Origin: Nitrospirota bacterium
GTDB lineage: Bacteria > Nitrospirota > Thermodesulfovibrionia > Thermodesulfovibrionales > UBA9159
Length of the DNA stretch: 64,000 bases
NCBI GenBank assembly: GCA_023382175.1
Contig: JAMCQB010000049.1
Span: 2,888 to 66,887 of the forward strand
Direction of reading: 5' to 3'
Positions 25,219 through 34,873 of the stretch are shown in pieces. The notes under the pieces were generated by a model that was not told where the DNA came from, made no database searches, and was given only the letters and a program-made list of their open reading frames with translations. The translations under genes were made by a program, and so were the position numbers. Positions within the stretch are counted from its first letter, which is position 1. Each line of letters opens with the position of its first letter.

Positions 25219-25353
25219 ATGGTAATTATCTTTTTGAGTCTCATCGTTTGCGTAGTCGCCGTGATTATTTTGTTTAAAGCAAGCCCGAATCTTTTTATAT
25301 TCCAGCTTATGGAAAGGGTTTTTGGAGAAATACATTTCAACAAAAGGAAGTAG
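25219..25353 (+). CDS. possible 44-aa single-TM peptide, candidate leaderless ORF
   Basis: The ATG lies 5 nt after the predicted -10. The product MVIIFLSLIVCVVAVIILFKASPNLFIFQLMERVFGEIHFNKRK has a hydrophobic N-terminus. No homology was recognised. Confidence 0.3.
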   Translation: MVIIFLSLIVCVVAVIILFKASPNLFIFQLMERVFGEIHFNKRK

Positions 25354-25410
25354 CGTAAGCATTTTTTTGGCGTGACGAACTAAGAACCGGAAAGGAGGTG
25401 AGATTTCGGG

Positions 25411-25466
25411 ATGTAACAGAAAATTAATCTTCTTGTAACATAATTGTAACAATCAAAATGTATCCT
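25411..25466 (+). promoter_or_regulatory. Pho-box promoter of pstS (four phased boxes)
   Basis: ATGTAAC agaa AATTAAT cttc TTGTAAC ataa TTGTAAC, then 10 bp, then TATCCT (25461-25466). Confidence 0.7.
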
Positions 25467-25487
25467 AAAAAAAAGGAGGAGTAAAAT

Positions 25488-26498
25488 ATGAAAAATGTAA
25501 TAAGTTTAGTTCTCGCAATCGCCGTTATTCTCTCGTTCACGGTGGCAGGAGCAGAAGAAACATTGAACGGCGCAGGTGCAACATTCCCCTATCCTGTTTA
25601 TTCTGCATGGGCATATGACTATCATAAGACAACAGGTGTAAAACTTAATTACCAGTCAATAGGCTCAGGGGGAGGCATCAGACAGATCGTAAACAGAACA
25701 GTGGATTTTGGAGGCTCCGACAATGTTCTTACCCCGCAGGACCTCAATAAAGACAATCTGCTTCAATTCCCGGCAGTAATGGGCGGTGTTGTCCCTGTGG
25801 TCAATATACCAGGCGTTAAGGAGGGCGAGCTAAGGCTTGATTCCGAGGCTGTATGCAAAATATTCCTCGGAGATATCAAACAGTGGAATGACAAGAAAAT
25901 AAAAGACTTAAATCCGAAAATAAATCTCCCTGATAAAGAGATAACCGTTGTGCACAGGTCAGACGGCTCAGGAACAACAGCCATCTATACCCATTATCTC
26001 AGCGGCGCATGCGCTGCATGGAAAGATAAGGTCGGCTATGGAACATCAGTCAAGTGGCCGGTTGGCATAGGCGGCAAAGGGAATGAAGGTGTTGCCAACT
26101 ATGTTAAGCGGACACCGAATTCCATCGGATATGTGGAATTCGCCTATGCAAAGCAGAATAAGCTTGCACACACACTCCTGAAGAATCCGGCAGGAAACTT
26201 TGTTGAACCGTCCTTTGATACCTTTGAAGATGCTGCTGCCACAGCGGATTTTGATGCCAAAAACCATTTTGCCACATGGCTTACCAACGCACCGGGCAAG
26301 AATTCATGGCCTATAGCTGGCGCTACCTTTATACTCCTCGCAAAGGAAAAAAAGGACTCTAATGTAAAGACCGTAAAATTCTTTGACTGGGCGTTCAAAA
26401 ATGGTGATGCAAAGGCAAAGGAACTCATCTATATCCCGATGCCAAAGTCTCTAAAGGATAAAATCAGGGCATACTGGAAGGCAAACGGAATATATTAG
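25488..26498 (+). CDS. pstS: phosphate ABC transporter substrate-binding protein
   Basis: Signal peptide, GAGATFPYPVY, SIGSGGG and RSDGSGTT motifs. Confidence 0.95.
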   Translation: MKNVISLVLAIAVILSFTVAGAEETLNGAGATFPYPVYSAWAYDYHKTTGVKLNYQSIGSGGGIRQIVNRTVDFGGSDNVLTPQDLNKDNLLQFPAVMGGVVPVVNIPGVKEGELRLDSEAVCKIFLGDIKQWNDKKIKDLNPKINLPDKEITVVHRSDGSGTTAIYTHYLSGACAAWKDKVGYGTSVKWPVGIGGKGNEGVANYVKRTPNSIGYVEFAYAKQNKLAHTLLKNPAGNFVEPSFDTFEDAAATADFDAKNHFATWLTNAPGKNSWPIAGATFILLAKEKKDSNVKTVKFFDWAFKNGDAKAKELIYIPMPKSLKDKIRAYWKANGIY

Positions 26499-26520
26499 GT
26501 ACCACAGGCTAAAGGCGAAT

Positions 26521-26570
26521 AGGCTGAAGGCAAAAGGTTAAAACTGCCTTATTCCTTCAGCCTTTTTTTT
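26521..26570 (+). terminator. intrinsic terminator after pstS
   Basis: AGGCTGAAGG ... CCTTCAGCCT stem followed by T8. Confidence 0.7.
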
Positions 26571-26650
26571 GACCTTAAATTTAATCAAGAGAATTCAGGG
26601 AGGGGAGATATGAGATGCCTCGCGGCTCCGCTGCGGGGTAATTCATTAAA

Positions 26651-26679
26651 TTGCAATAGACAATTCCGATATGTATTAT
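26651..26679 (+). promoter_or_regulatory. possible sigma70-type internal promoter for pstCAB-phoU
   Basis: TTGCAA-N17-TATTAT. Confidence 0.35.
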
Positions 26680-26713
26680 ATATTGACCACTGACTGTAAG
26701 GAGCATTATCGCT

Positions 26714-27655
26714 GTGATTTTTTCAAAAAAGAAAAATCCTGTTGATTTAACTTTCTCATTTATTACCGGTATCGCATCCGTCTCTGTTATTTTAATTACC
26801 GCAGGCATTTTATATGTGCTTTTTAAGGAATCTTCCCTTTCTATAGAAAGGTTTGGTTTTTTTAAATTCCTTACACTGGTTGATTGGGATCCTGTGAAGG
26901 AATCTTTTGGAGCCGCCGCAGCCCTTTATGGAACATTAATCACCACAGTTTTGGCCCTTATTATTGCCATACCGGTTGCCGTTGGAATTGCCATATATGT
27001 TACAGAGGTCGCCCCCAATTTCCTGAAGGGTCCCGTCGGGATTGCCATAGAGCTTTTAGCGGCCATACCCAGCATCATTTACGGCATGTGGGGTCTCTTC
27101 ACCCTTTCCCCGATTATGGCCAAGTACATCGAACCCTTTTTGCAAAGGACTGTCGGGAAACTACCCCTCGTTGGAATTCTGTTTGAAGGCACTCCCCTGG
27201 GCATAGACTTCTTAACGGCGAGCATGATACTCGGCATAATGATAATTCCGTTTACAGCGAGCATATCGAGGGATGCCTTTAACCTTACGCCGGCAGTAGT
27301 CAAGGAGTCAGCCTATGCAGTGGGCGCTACAAAATGGGAAGTGGTAAAGGATATAGTGCTGCCCTATTCAAAACTGGGCGTCTTTGGAGGTGTTGCCATC
27401 TCCCTCGGAAGGGCGCTGGGTGAAACAATGGCCGTGGCCTTTGTCCTCGGAAACAACAACCAGATAACCACATCCCTCTTCGGCGCAGCAGCCACCGTTA
27501 CGGTAAAACTCGCAAACGAGTTTACAGAAGCGGACAAGGACATCTATCTTTCATCATTATATTATTTGGCGCTCTTGCTCTTTGTTATGAGCTTTATTGT
27601 CCTGGCTATCGCAAAGTTCCTTTTATTAAAGGCCGAAAGGAGATACAGCAGGTGA
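26714..27655 (+). CDS. pstC: phosphate ABC transporter permease PstC
   Basis: Polytopic permease with an EAA-like loop (ESAYAVGATKWEV). GTG start. Its position in the pst operon supports the call. Confidence 0.9.
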   Translation: MIFSKKKNPVDLTFSFITGIASVSVILITAGILYVLFKESSLSIERFGFFKFLTLVDWDPVKESFGAAAALYGTLITTVLALIIAIPVAVGIAIYVTEVAPNFLKGPVGIAIELLAAIPSIIYGMWGLFTLSPIMAKYIEPFLQRTVGKLPLVGILFEGTPLGIDFLTASMILGIMIIPFTASISRDAFNLTPAVVKESAYAVGATKWEVVKDIVLPYSKLGVFGGVAISLGRALGETMAVAFVLGNNNQITTSLFGAAATVTVKLANEFTEADKDIYLSSLYYLALLLFVMSFIVLAIAKFLLLKAERRYSR

Positions 27656-28494
27656 GGCGTGAAAGATTAAGGGTTATACAGAGCCATGCTGCTTTTGTCG
27701 TAAGCACCCTTACCGCCCTGTTCGGTATTTTCTGGCTCGTATTCATTATCGGTGACATCCTTATTCACGGCATAGGTGCGCTGAACATAGACCTGTTCAT
27801 AAAGGACCCGGCCCCGGCAGGTGTGGAGGGAGGCGGCTTGAGGAACGCATTTGTAGGGCATCTGATGATAACCCTGTTTGCAACATTGATAGGCGTCCCT
27901 GTGGGCGTGCTCGGCGGCACATTCCTCGCAGAATACGCAAGGGGCAAAAAAATCGCCCGTTTTATAAGCATCCTCTCGGACATAATGGTAAGTGTTCCAG
28001 CCATTGTGGTCGGCACGTTCGTATATGCCATAATCGTAAAACCCCTCGGTCATTTCAGCGGCTGGGCAGGGGCGGTTGCCCTGGCAATAATAATGATCCC
28101 CGTTGTCCTGAGGACAACAGAGGACATGCTTTCCCTTGTATCATGGACGGTCAGAGAAGCTGCCTTTGCCCTCGGCGCTCCCTATTATAAAGTCATTCTA
28201 CAGGTGGTTTACAGGGGAGCGGCCACCGGCATCTTAACGGGGATCCTCCTTTCCATTGCAAGGGTTACAGGGGAAGCAGCGCCCCTTTTATTTACATCAT
28301 TTAACAACTCCTTCTTCTCCACAAACATGAATGAACCGATAGCTTCCCTTACGGTATCCATATTCCAGTATGCCATGGGGCCTTATGACAGCTGGCATGC
28401 GCAGGCATGGGCTGCAGCGCTGATGATTACGGTATTCATTCTCATTATTACAGTACTCGGAAGGCTCATCATAAAATGGAGGTACAAGAAGTGA
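27652..28494 (+). CDS. pstA: phosphate ABC transporter permease PstA
   Basis: Permease with [10 protein letters not shown] motif. Its start overlaps the pstC stop. Confidence 0.9.
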   Translation: MRRERLRVIQSHAAFVVSTLTALFGIFWLVFIIGDILIHGIGALNIDLFIKDPAPAGVEGGGLRNAFVGHLMITLFATLIGVPVGVLGGTFLAEYARGKKIARFISILSDIMVSVPAIVVGTFVYAIIVKPLGHFSGWAGAVALAIIMIPVVLRTTEDMLSLVSWTVREAAFALGAPYYKVILQVVYRGAATGILTGILLSIARVTGEAAPLLFTSFNNSFFSTNMNEPIASLTVSIFQYAMGPYDSWHAQAWAAALMITVFILIITVLGRLIIKWRYKK

Positions 28495-29255
28495 CAGGAC
28501 AAATAGAGCTCGAGGCCAAAAATCTTAACTTTTATTACTCAGGCAACATACATGCCCTGAAGCAGGTAAGCTTCTTCGCCTATAAGCACAATGTTACGGC
28601 GTTGATAGGACCCTCCGGCTGCGGCAAAACCACGCTCCTCAGGTGTTTCAACAGAATGCATGACCTGTATCCTAAAAATAGGTACGAAGGCGAGATAGTC
28701 TTTCAGGGTAAAAATATTCTTTCTAAGGACGTAGATGTCATTAACCTCAGGAGCCGTATCGGCATGGTATTTCAGAAACCGACCCCATTCCCCATGACCA
28801 TATTCGACAATGTCGCATACGGTCTGAAGTTAAAGGGAATCAACAAAAGGACAGAACTCTCGGAAAGGGTTGAAAAGGCCCTTAAAAATTCAGCCATCTG
28901 GGATGAGGTTAAAGATAAGCTCAATGTCAGCGCTTACGAGCTTTCCGGAGGACAGCAGCAGAGGCTCGTTATCGCAAGGGCATTGGCCGTCGAGCCGGAG
29001 GTCTTGCTTTTTGACGAGCCCACATCCGCTCTCGACCCCATATCCACAAGCAAGATAGAGGAGCTTCTTGTCCAGTTAAAAAGCAAGATCACCATAATTA
29101 TCGTTACCCACAATATGCAGCAGGCAGCGAGGATCTCTGACTTTACCGGGTTTGTAATGCTCGGGGAGTTGATTGAGTTCGATAAAACTGATAAAATGTT
29201 CACCGCTCCCTCTGAAAAACTCACAGAGGAATATATAACAGGGAGGTTCGGCTGA
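28476..29255 (+). CDS. pstB: phosphate ABC transporter ATP-binding protein PstB
   Basis: Walker [10 protein letters not shown], signature LSGGQQQR and Walker [12 protein letters not shown]. The start is ATG 28476 or GTG 28491 (GTGA overlap with the pstA stop). Confidence 0.95.
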   Translation: MEVQEVTGQIELEAKNLNFYYSGNIHALKQVSFFAYKHNVTALIGPSGCGKTTLLRCFNRMHDLYPKNRYEGEIVFQGKNILSKDVDVINLRSRIGMVFQKPTPFPMTIFDNVAYGLKLKGINKRTELSERVEKALKNSAIWDEVKDKLNVSAYELSGGQQQRLVIARALAVEPEVLLFDEPTSALDPISTSKIEELLVQLKSKITIIIVTHNMQQAARISDFTGFVMLGELIEFDKTDKMFTAPSEKLTEEYITGRFG

Positions 29256-29923
29256 TGACTGTCTTTGATGAAGAGTTGCAGCATTTAAAAGAAAAGCTTC
29301 TCAAGATGGGATCCCTGGTGGAAGATGCGATTAAGAATTCCATACATGCCCTTGTGGACAGGGACAATGCCCTTGCAGCAAAGGTCATTGAAAATGACCG
29401 GATAATAAACACGTTCGATGTTGAGATTGATGAAGAATCCATCCGGCTCATCGCATTGAAACAGCCGAGGGCAGGTGATCTGCGATTGATAACAACTGCG
29501 ATGAAGATAACCACTGACCTCGAAAGGATGGGAGATATGGCTGTCAATATAGCCGAAAGGGCGTTGGAGCTGAATGAAGAGCCTATTCTCAAGCCATATA
29601 TTGACATACCGAAGATGAGCCAAATTGCACAAGGCATGACGAGGGATGCCCTCGACGCCTTTGTGAGAAAAGACAAAAAGCTCGCAACAGACGTGATTAT
29701 GAGAGATGATGAAGTTGATGACCTCAAGCATGACGTATTGCAGGAACTTGCCTTTTTTATGGCCCAGGATCCCACAACAGTTTTCCGTGCCATGAAGATA
29801 AGCTTTGTGGCAACGTATCTCGAACGCATTGCAGACCATGCTACCAATATCGCTGAGATGGTGATCTATCTGGTTGAAGGAAAAATAATCAGACATATGC
29901 TGCCTCCGGCTGAAGACAAATAA
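29255..29923 (+). CDS. phoU: phosphate signalling complex protein PhoU
   Basis: Duplicated PhoU repeats with E..D..ID and DLERIGD-like motifs (DLERMGDMAVNIAE, YLERIADHATNIAE). Confidence 0.9.
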   Translation: MTVFDEELQHLKEKLLKMGSLVEDAIKNSIHALVDRDNALAAKVIENDRIINTFDVEIDEESIRLIALKQPRAGDLRLITTAMKITTDLERMGDMAVNIAERALELNEEPILKPYIDIPKMSQIAQGMTRDALDAFVRKDKKLATDVIMRDDEVDDLKHDVLQELAFFMAQDPTTVFRAMKISFVATYLERIADHATNIAEMVIYLVEGKIIRHMLPPAEDK

Positions 29924-29955
29924 TAACGTCTCAGGGAATGGAGCGGTAATGGTCG

Positions 29956-30420
29956 TTATTCTTTTATCTCAAAAATGAAATCGATCTCGAGGGGAGCGTT
30001 TAAAGGAAGAACGGGCACCCCCGCAGCGACCCTTGCGTGTCTTCCGTGGTCGCCGAAGATATCCCGCAGGAGTTCTGATGCGGCGTTCAGGACTTTTGGC
30101 TGGTCAATAAAATCCGGTGCCGATGCCACATAGCCGCTCAGTTTGACGCACCGGGTGACTTTATCCAGGCTCCCGAGATGCGCCCTTACGATGCTCAGGG
30201 CGTTCTTCACCACCTGTTTTGCATCCTCCTGGGCATCGCTGACTGAGACCGATTCACCGAGCCTCCCTGTACGGATGAGTTTTCCTTCCCTTAACGGGAG
30301 CATGCCGCTGAGAAAGAGAAGGTTGCCGGTCTGCACGCAGGGAACGTAAGAGCCCAGGGCAGCCGGAGCCTCGGGAAGGGTGATGCCGAGCTCTCTTAAT
30401 CTTTCTTCAGGTGGAACCAT
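29956..30420 (-). CDS. RidA/YjgF-like family protein
   Basis: The C-terminal 155 aa of the ORF match the RidA-like fold pattern (GNLLFLSGMLP...ARVAAGV..LPLNAPLEID). The start is set at ATG 30420. Confidence 0.65.
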   Translation of the reverse strand: MVPPEERLRELGITLPEAPAALGSYVPCVQTGNLLFLSGMLPLREGKLIRTGRLGESVSVSDAQEDAKQVVKNALSIVRAHLGSLDKVTRCVKLSGYVASAPDFIDQPKVLNAASELLRDIFGDHGRHARVAAGVPVLPLNAPLEIDFIFEIKE

Positions 30421-30509
30421 AGGATTGTTTCTATTATAGCGGTCTTCATCGACACCCGCAACTGCTGTTTCTCGTACTGAAGGACCTGGAATGACAGAAA
30501 ATGAGGCGG

Positions 30510-30689
30510 TTAAAGTATTTTCCCTCTCCGTGAGAAAAACTCGCTCAGCGCAACCCGTATCACCGCTCCCCTGGACCACTTCTGGCCGGTCTCTTTTGAA
30601 TACTCCCGGGCAAGTTCTTCCAGGGCCTCCATCACCTCTTCTTCGAGATACACAGAGGTTTTTACCAACTTCTCATGTTCTTCTGCCAT
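30510..30689 (-). CDS. ribbon-helix-helix (CopG-like) small DNA-binding protein (59 aa, below the ORF-track cutoff)
   Basis: Hand translation gives MAEEHEKLVKTSVYLEEEVMEALEELAREYSKETGQKWSRGAVIRVALSEFFSRRGKIL, which has the beta-strand/helix/helix RHH pattern. The RBS is weak. Confidence 0.45.
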   Translation of the reverse strand: MAEEHEKLVKTSVYLEEEVMEALEELAREYSKETGQKWSRGAVIRVALSEFFSRRGKIL

Positions 30690-30847
30690 GGATTTCAGGA
30701 AATGCGATGATACTGAGATCTATAGGGATTCTATCAGAAAGTGACGGTCATGGGAAGCGGAAGAAGGGGGTCTGATGATCGCACAGTTGATATCTTTCAA
30801 AACCCCTCCACTGCTCTCAGGGGGTAAACGTCTGTTATTATAGAGAG

Positions 30848-32884
30848 ATGGAATTTAAACTCTCGACGAATTTCATCCCCCGGGGTGACCAACCGAAGGC
30901 TATTGAAGGGCTGACCGGGGGAATCGGGAAAGGACTGAAACATCAGGTCCTCCTCGGGGTCACCGGCTCCGGCAAAACGTTTACTGTCGCCAATGTGATC
31001 GCACATATGCAAAAGCCTGCCCTTGTCATAGCCCATAATAAAACCCTTGCCGCGCAATTGTACGGTGAGTTCAAAGAATTGTTTCCTGAAAATGCCGTGG
31101 AGTTCTTTGTGAGTTACTATGACTATTACCAGCCCGAGGCATACATCCCCACCACCGACACGTATATCGAAAAAGATGCCATGATCAATGACGACATTGA
31201 CAGGCTGCGCCATTCTGCCACAAGGGCTGTTCTGGAGCGGAGGGATGCCATTGTCGTCGCATCGGTTTCCTGCATCTACGGCATCGGCTCACCCCGGGAT
31301 TATATGGATATGCACCTCTTTCTCGAAGAGGGGATGCATACCGAACGGGATGAGATACTCAAAAGACTTGTGGAGATGCAGTATAACCGTTCTGATGCCG
31401 AGTTCAGGAGGGGAGCCTTCAGGGTGAGGGGAGACAGTGTGGAGGTGTACCCGTCCTTTTCGCTGAATAAAGCGGTACGCCTGGAATTTTTCGGGGATGA
31501 CATTGATGCGCTCTTTGAATTTGATCCCCTGACCGGCGAGAAACTCAGGAGGTTCCAAAGGTTTGCCCTTTTCCCCAACAGCCATTGGATCACCCCGAGG
31601 GAACGCATGGAGCCGGCGCTGAAGCGGATAGAGGAGGAGATGAAGGAGAGGGTTGACTCTTTCCTGAAGGAGGGGAAGGTGGTGGAGGCGCAGAGGATCG
31701 AGCAGAGGACGAGGTTCGATCTCGAGATGCTCAAGGAGTTCGGCTACTGCCATGGCATCGAGAACTACTCGAGACATCTGAGCGGCAGGGCGCCCGGAGA
31801 GCCGCCGTACACACTCATCGATTACTTCCCTGAGGATTTTCTCATCGTGGTGGACGAATCTCACGCAACCGTACCCCAGATCGGCGGCATGTATGAAGGC
31901 GACAGGTCAAGAAAGCAGACCCTCGTGGATTTCGGCTTCAGACTCCCCTCTGCCCTGGACAACAGGCCTTTAACCTTCAAAGAGTTTGAACACAGGGTGA
32001 ATCAGGCCATCTATGTCTCGGCAACTCCAGGCCCCTATGAAATCGAAAAGGGAAAGGGGAGGGTCGTGGAACAGATCATCAGGCCTACGGGATTGATTGA
32101 CCCTGAAATGAAGGTAAAATCTGCCTCGGGTCAGGTGGATGACCTTCTCCGCGAGATCAGAGAGAGAGCAGAAAAGGGGGAGCGGGTTCTCGTCACTACG
32201 CTGACAAAGAAGATGGCGGAGGACCTCGCCGACTATTACATAGAACTGGGGGTGAGAGCCCGGTATCTCCATTCAGACATCGACACCCTGGAAAGGGTGG
32301 AGTTGTTGCGGGACTTGAGGCAAGGCAAGTTTGATGTCCTCATCGGCGTGAACCTTTTGCGGGAGGGGCTCGACCTTCCCGAGGTTTCCCTGGTGGCGAT
32401 ACTGGACGCGGACAAGGAAGGGTTTCTCCGGTCCGAGCGCTCCCTGATCCAGACCGCGGGAAGGGCGGCGCGGAATGTGAACGGAGAGGTGATCCTCTAT
32501 GCGGATACCATTACAGGTTCCATGAAAAGGGCCCTGGACGAGACCGAGAGAAGAAGAAGAATCCAGAAACGGTATAACGAAGAGATGGGGATTACGCCGG
32601 AAACGGTGAAATCCAGCATTAAGGACATCCTGAGTTCCATCTACGAATCGGATTACTGGACAGTCCCGGTTGCAGAAGAAACCCCTGCCTATGGCTATGA
32701 CGAGGAGACCTTGAAGAGGCTTGAAGAGGAGATGAGGGAAGCGGCGAAGAAGCTGGACTTTGAGCGGGCCATCGAGTTCAGGGACAAGATTAAAGAAGTG
32801 AGGAAGAAGCTTATTGAGGTCGGAATAGGGGCAGCCGGTGAACCCGTTGCGCAGAAGGGGAAGAAAAGGGGCAGGAGGAGGTAA
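30848..32884 (+). CDS. uvrB: excinuclease ABC subunit B
   Basis: [19 protein letters not shown] and YADTIT motifs, plus the C-terminal UVR domain [11 protein letters not shown]. Confidence 0.97.
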   Translation: MEFKLSTNFIPRGDQPKAIEGLTGGIGKGLKHQVLLGVTGSGKTFTVANVIAHMQKPALVIAHNKTLAAQLYGEFKELFPENAVEFFVSYYDYYQPEAYIPTTDTYIEKDAMINDDIDRLRHSATRAVLERRDAIVVASVSCIYGIGSPRDYMDMHLFLEEGMHTERDEILKRLVEMQYNRSDAEFRRGAFRVRGDSVEVYPSFSLNKAVRLEFFGDDIDALFEFDPLTGEKLRRFQRFALFPNSHWITPRERMEPALKRIEEEMKERVDSFLKEGKVVEAQRIEQRTRFDLEMLKEFGYCHGIENYSRHLSGRAPGEPPYTLIDYFPEDFLIVVDESHATVPQIGGMYEGDRSRKQTLVDFGFRLPSALDNRPLTFKEFEHRVNQAIYVSATPGPYEIEKGKGRVVEQIIRPTGLIDPEMKVKSASGQVDDLLREIRERAEKGERVLVTTLTKKMAEDLADYYIELGVRARYLHSDIDTLERVELLRDLRQGKFDVLIGVNLLREGLDLPEVSLVAILDADKEGFLRSERSLIQTAGRAARNVNGEVILYADTITGSMKRALDETERRRRIQKRYNEEMGITPETVKSSIKDILSSIYESDYWTVPVAEETPAYGYDEETLKRLEEEMREAAKKLDFERAIEFRDKIKEVRKKLIEVGIGAAGEPVAQKGKKRGRRR

Positions 32885-33063
32885 AGGGTCCGGTGTTTTT
32901 TGGGAAACGTTTCTATGCGATTTCTGTGGACGACGGCGAGTATGAGCACGTTAGATGAACATATCCTGCGGGATAAGAACTTGCACCGCAAAATGAGCAC
33001 GCCGAAAAGAGGGAGAATTAGCGTATCCACCGCTCAGCGGTGGTCTTGAGGGCTGGTGGAGTG

Positions 33064-33143
33064 GTCATTGCGAGCCCGGCCTTATGGGGCGCGGCAATCC
33101 CCAGGCTTGAACAATGAGATTGCTTCACTTCGTTCGCAATGAC
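33064..33143. repeat. nested palindromic repeat, GTCATTGCGAGC...G(C/T)TCGCAATGAC family, copy 1
   Basis: The outer arms are GTCATTGCGAGC / GTTCGCAATGAC and the inner arms GCAATC / GATTGC. The same element occurs at 39853. Confidence 0.7.
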
Positions 33144-33434
33144 GGGAGAAGGGGCGTACAATGCCTTATCGTCGTGATTGCCACTTCTACTCCTTATCGT
33201 TTATGAGGATATCACTCTTGCGGACTTCAGTCATGCATACGCCGAATGGGCCAATTTCCAATGTGACCTCGGGCCGGTTTTCAGCGATCATTAATCCGCT
33301 TTTTGTTCTAAGAAGATCGGGTCTATTCCCAGGGACGTTTTGCAATGGCCGAAAGACCTTCTTATGCTATACTTTGTCTGACACTGGTATTGGTGCCTGC
33401 AGCTCTGCCGGCAGGTGAAAAGGAGGTAAAAGCG

Positions 33435-34049
33435 ATGATAAAAGACATCCATTGGCTCGGACATGACACGTTCAAAATTATTGGAGAAAAGGTGATCTAC
33501 ACCGATCCCTTCAAGATCAAGAAGAATGACAAGGCTGACATCATCCTCATTACCCATGAACACTATGACCACTGCTCTCCTGAAGACGTGAAGAAGATCC
33601 AGGGGCCTGAAACGGTCATTGTTGCCCCGGCTGACTGCGCAAAGAAATTAAGGGGGAATATCAAGGTTATCAAAGTGGGAGAAAAGATAAATGTGGGCGG
33701 AATAGAGGTCGAAGCGGTACCCTCTTACAACACCAACAAGCAGTTTCACACAAAGGACAAGGGATGGGTCGGGTATATCTTCACGGTGAAAGGCCAGAGG
33801 ATATACATTGCGGGGGATACGGACCATATCCCCGAGATGAAGACCTTCCGGACGGATATCGCACTCCTGCCTGTTTCCGGCACCTATGTCATGACTGCGG
33901 AAGAGGCGATCCGGGCAGCGCTGGACATCAAACCGAAGATAGCGATTCCCATGCATTATGGTTCAATCGTGGGATCAGTAAGTGATGCCCGGAAATTTGC
34001 CGATGGCCTGAAGGGGAAGATCGAAGTGGTGATTCTCCCTGAGGAATAG
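33435..34049 (+). CDS. MBL-fold metallo-hydrolase
   Basis: The THEHYDHC (HxHxDH) motif. The start is set at ATG 33435, behind AAGGAGG. Confidence 0.75.
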   Translation: MIKDIHWLGHDTFKIIGEKVIYTDPFKIKKNDKADIILITHEHYDHCSPEDVKKIQGPETVIVAPADCAKKLRGNIKVIKVGEKINVGGIEVEAVPSYNTNKQFHTKDKGWVGYIFTVKGQRIYIAGDTDHIPEMKTFRTDIALLPVSGTYVMTAEEAIRAALDIKPKIAIPMHYGSIVGSVSDARKFADGLKGKIEVVILPEE

Positions 34050-34097
34050 TCCCGCATCCAGGTGGAACGGCATTTCCCACGGGAATAAGGAGATTAC

Positions 34098-34868
34098 ATG
34101 GGTCGGATAAAGACACCTGGGGACGTACCTGCCGGTTGGAGTGTGATCTCCATGGACACGGTGGATTCCACAAATACCGTTGCCATGGAACTGGGAGAAA
34201 AGGACGCACCCCACGGGACCGTTGTGTTGGCAGACCGTCAGACGAAGGGGCGGGGGAGGCTCGGACGGGAGTGGGTATCTCCGACCGGAAATATTTACAT
34301 GAGCATTCTGCTCAGACCGACTGTCACGCCGGCAGATGCAGCGCTGCTGACCATTACAGCAGCCGTTGCCTGCGTGCGGGCGCTGAGGGAGGCGACCGGT
34401 CTTCAGGTAGAGATCAAGTGGCCCAATGACCTTATGGTGTCGGGCAAGAAACTGGGTGGTATCCTTACCGAAATGAAGTCCAGGGGACCGAGAGTATTCT
34501 TTGCGGTGGTGGGTATCGGGATTAACCTGAATTCCAGGGCCGCTGACTTTTCCCCCGAACTGAGCGCTACTGCAACTTCTCTGCGGGTTGAGACCGGGGA
34601 AAAAATCCCGAAAACCGCTCTTATCTCCCGTATCCTTAGTGAAATAAGGTTCTGGTATGACGAACTGACTCAGGGGGACAGGGATCGGATTCTTGATGAA
34701 TGGAGACGTCTTTCTTCCACTCTGGGGAGAGATGTCAGGATTACCTCAGTCAATGAGACGTTTGAAGGTGTTGCAGAGACCCTTGATAAAGAGGGAAGAT
34801 TGATCGTGAGACTGTCCTCGGGCATTCGGAAGGTGGTCAGCGCCGGGGATGTGGCGATGGTCCGGTAG
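34098..34868 (+). CDS. birA: biotin--[acetyl-CoA-carboxylase] ligase
   Basis: The GRGRLGREW motif and the KWPND motif. Confidence 0.85.
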   Translation: MGRIKTPGDVPAGWSVISMDTVDSTNTVAMELGEKDAPHGTVVLADRQTKGRGRLGREWVSPTGNIYMSILLRPTVTPADAALLTITAAVACVRALREATGLQVEIKWPNDLMVSGKKLGGILTEMKSRGPRVFFAVVGIGINLNSRAADFSPELSATATSLRVETGEKIPKTALISRILSEIRFWYDELTQGDRDRILDEWRRLSSTLGRDVRITSVNETFEGVAETLDKEGRLIVRLSSGIRKVVSAGDVAMVR

Positions 34869-34873
34869 AACAT

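Noticed and set aside
25207-25452. 81-aa minus-strand ORF between paralog G and pstS
   Set aside because: Its start would lie inside the pstS Pho-box array and it covers a second Pho promoter. It has no RBS and no recognisable family. The plus-strand 44-aa TM ORF is a slightly better, still weak, explanation.
29221-29896. Two long minus-strand ORFs (208 and 203 aa)
   Set aside because: Both are antisense to phoU, which has clear family motifs and operon context.
30421-30579. N-terminal 53-aa extension of the RidA-like ORF
   Set aside because: The extension has no RidA similarity and overlaps the RHH gene in another frame. The internal ATG 30420 gives a normal-length RidA protein.
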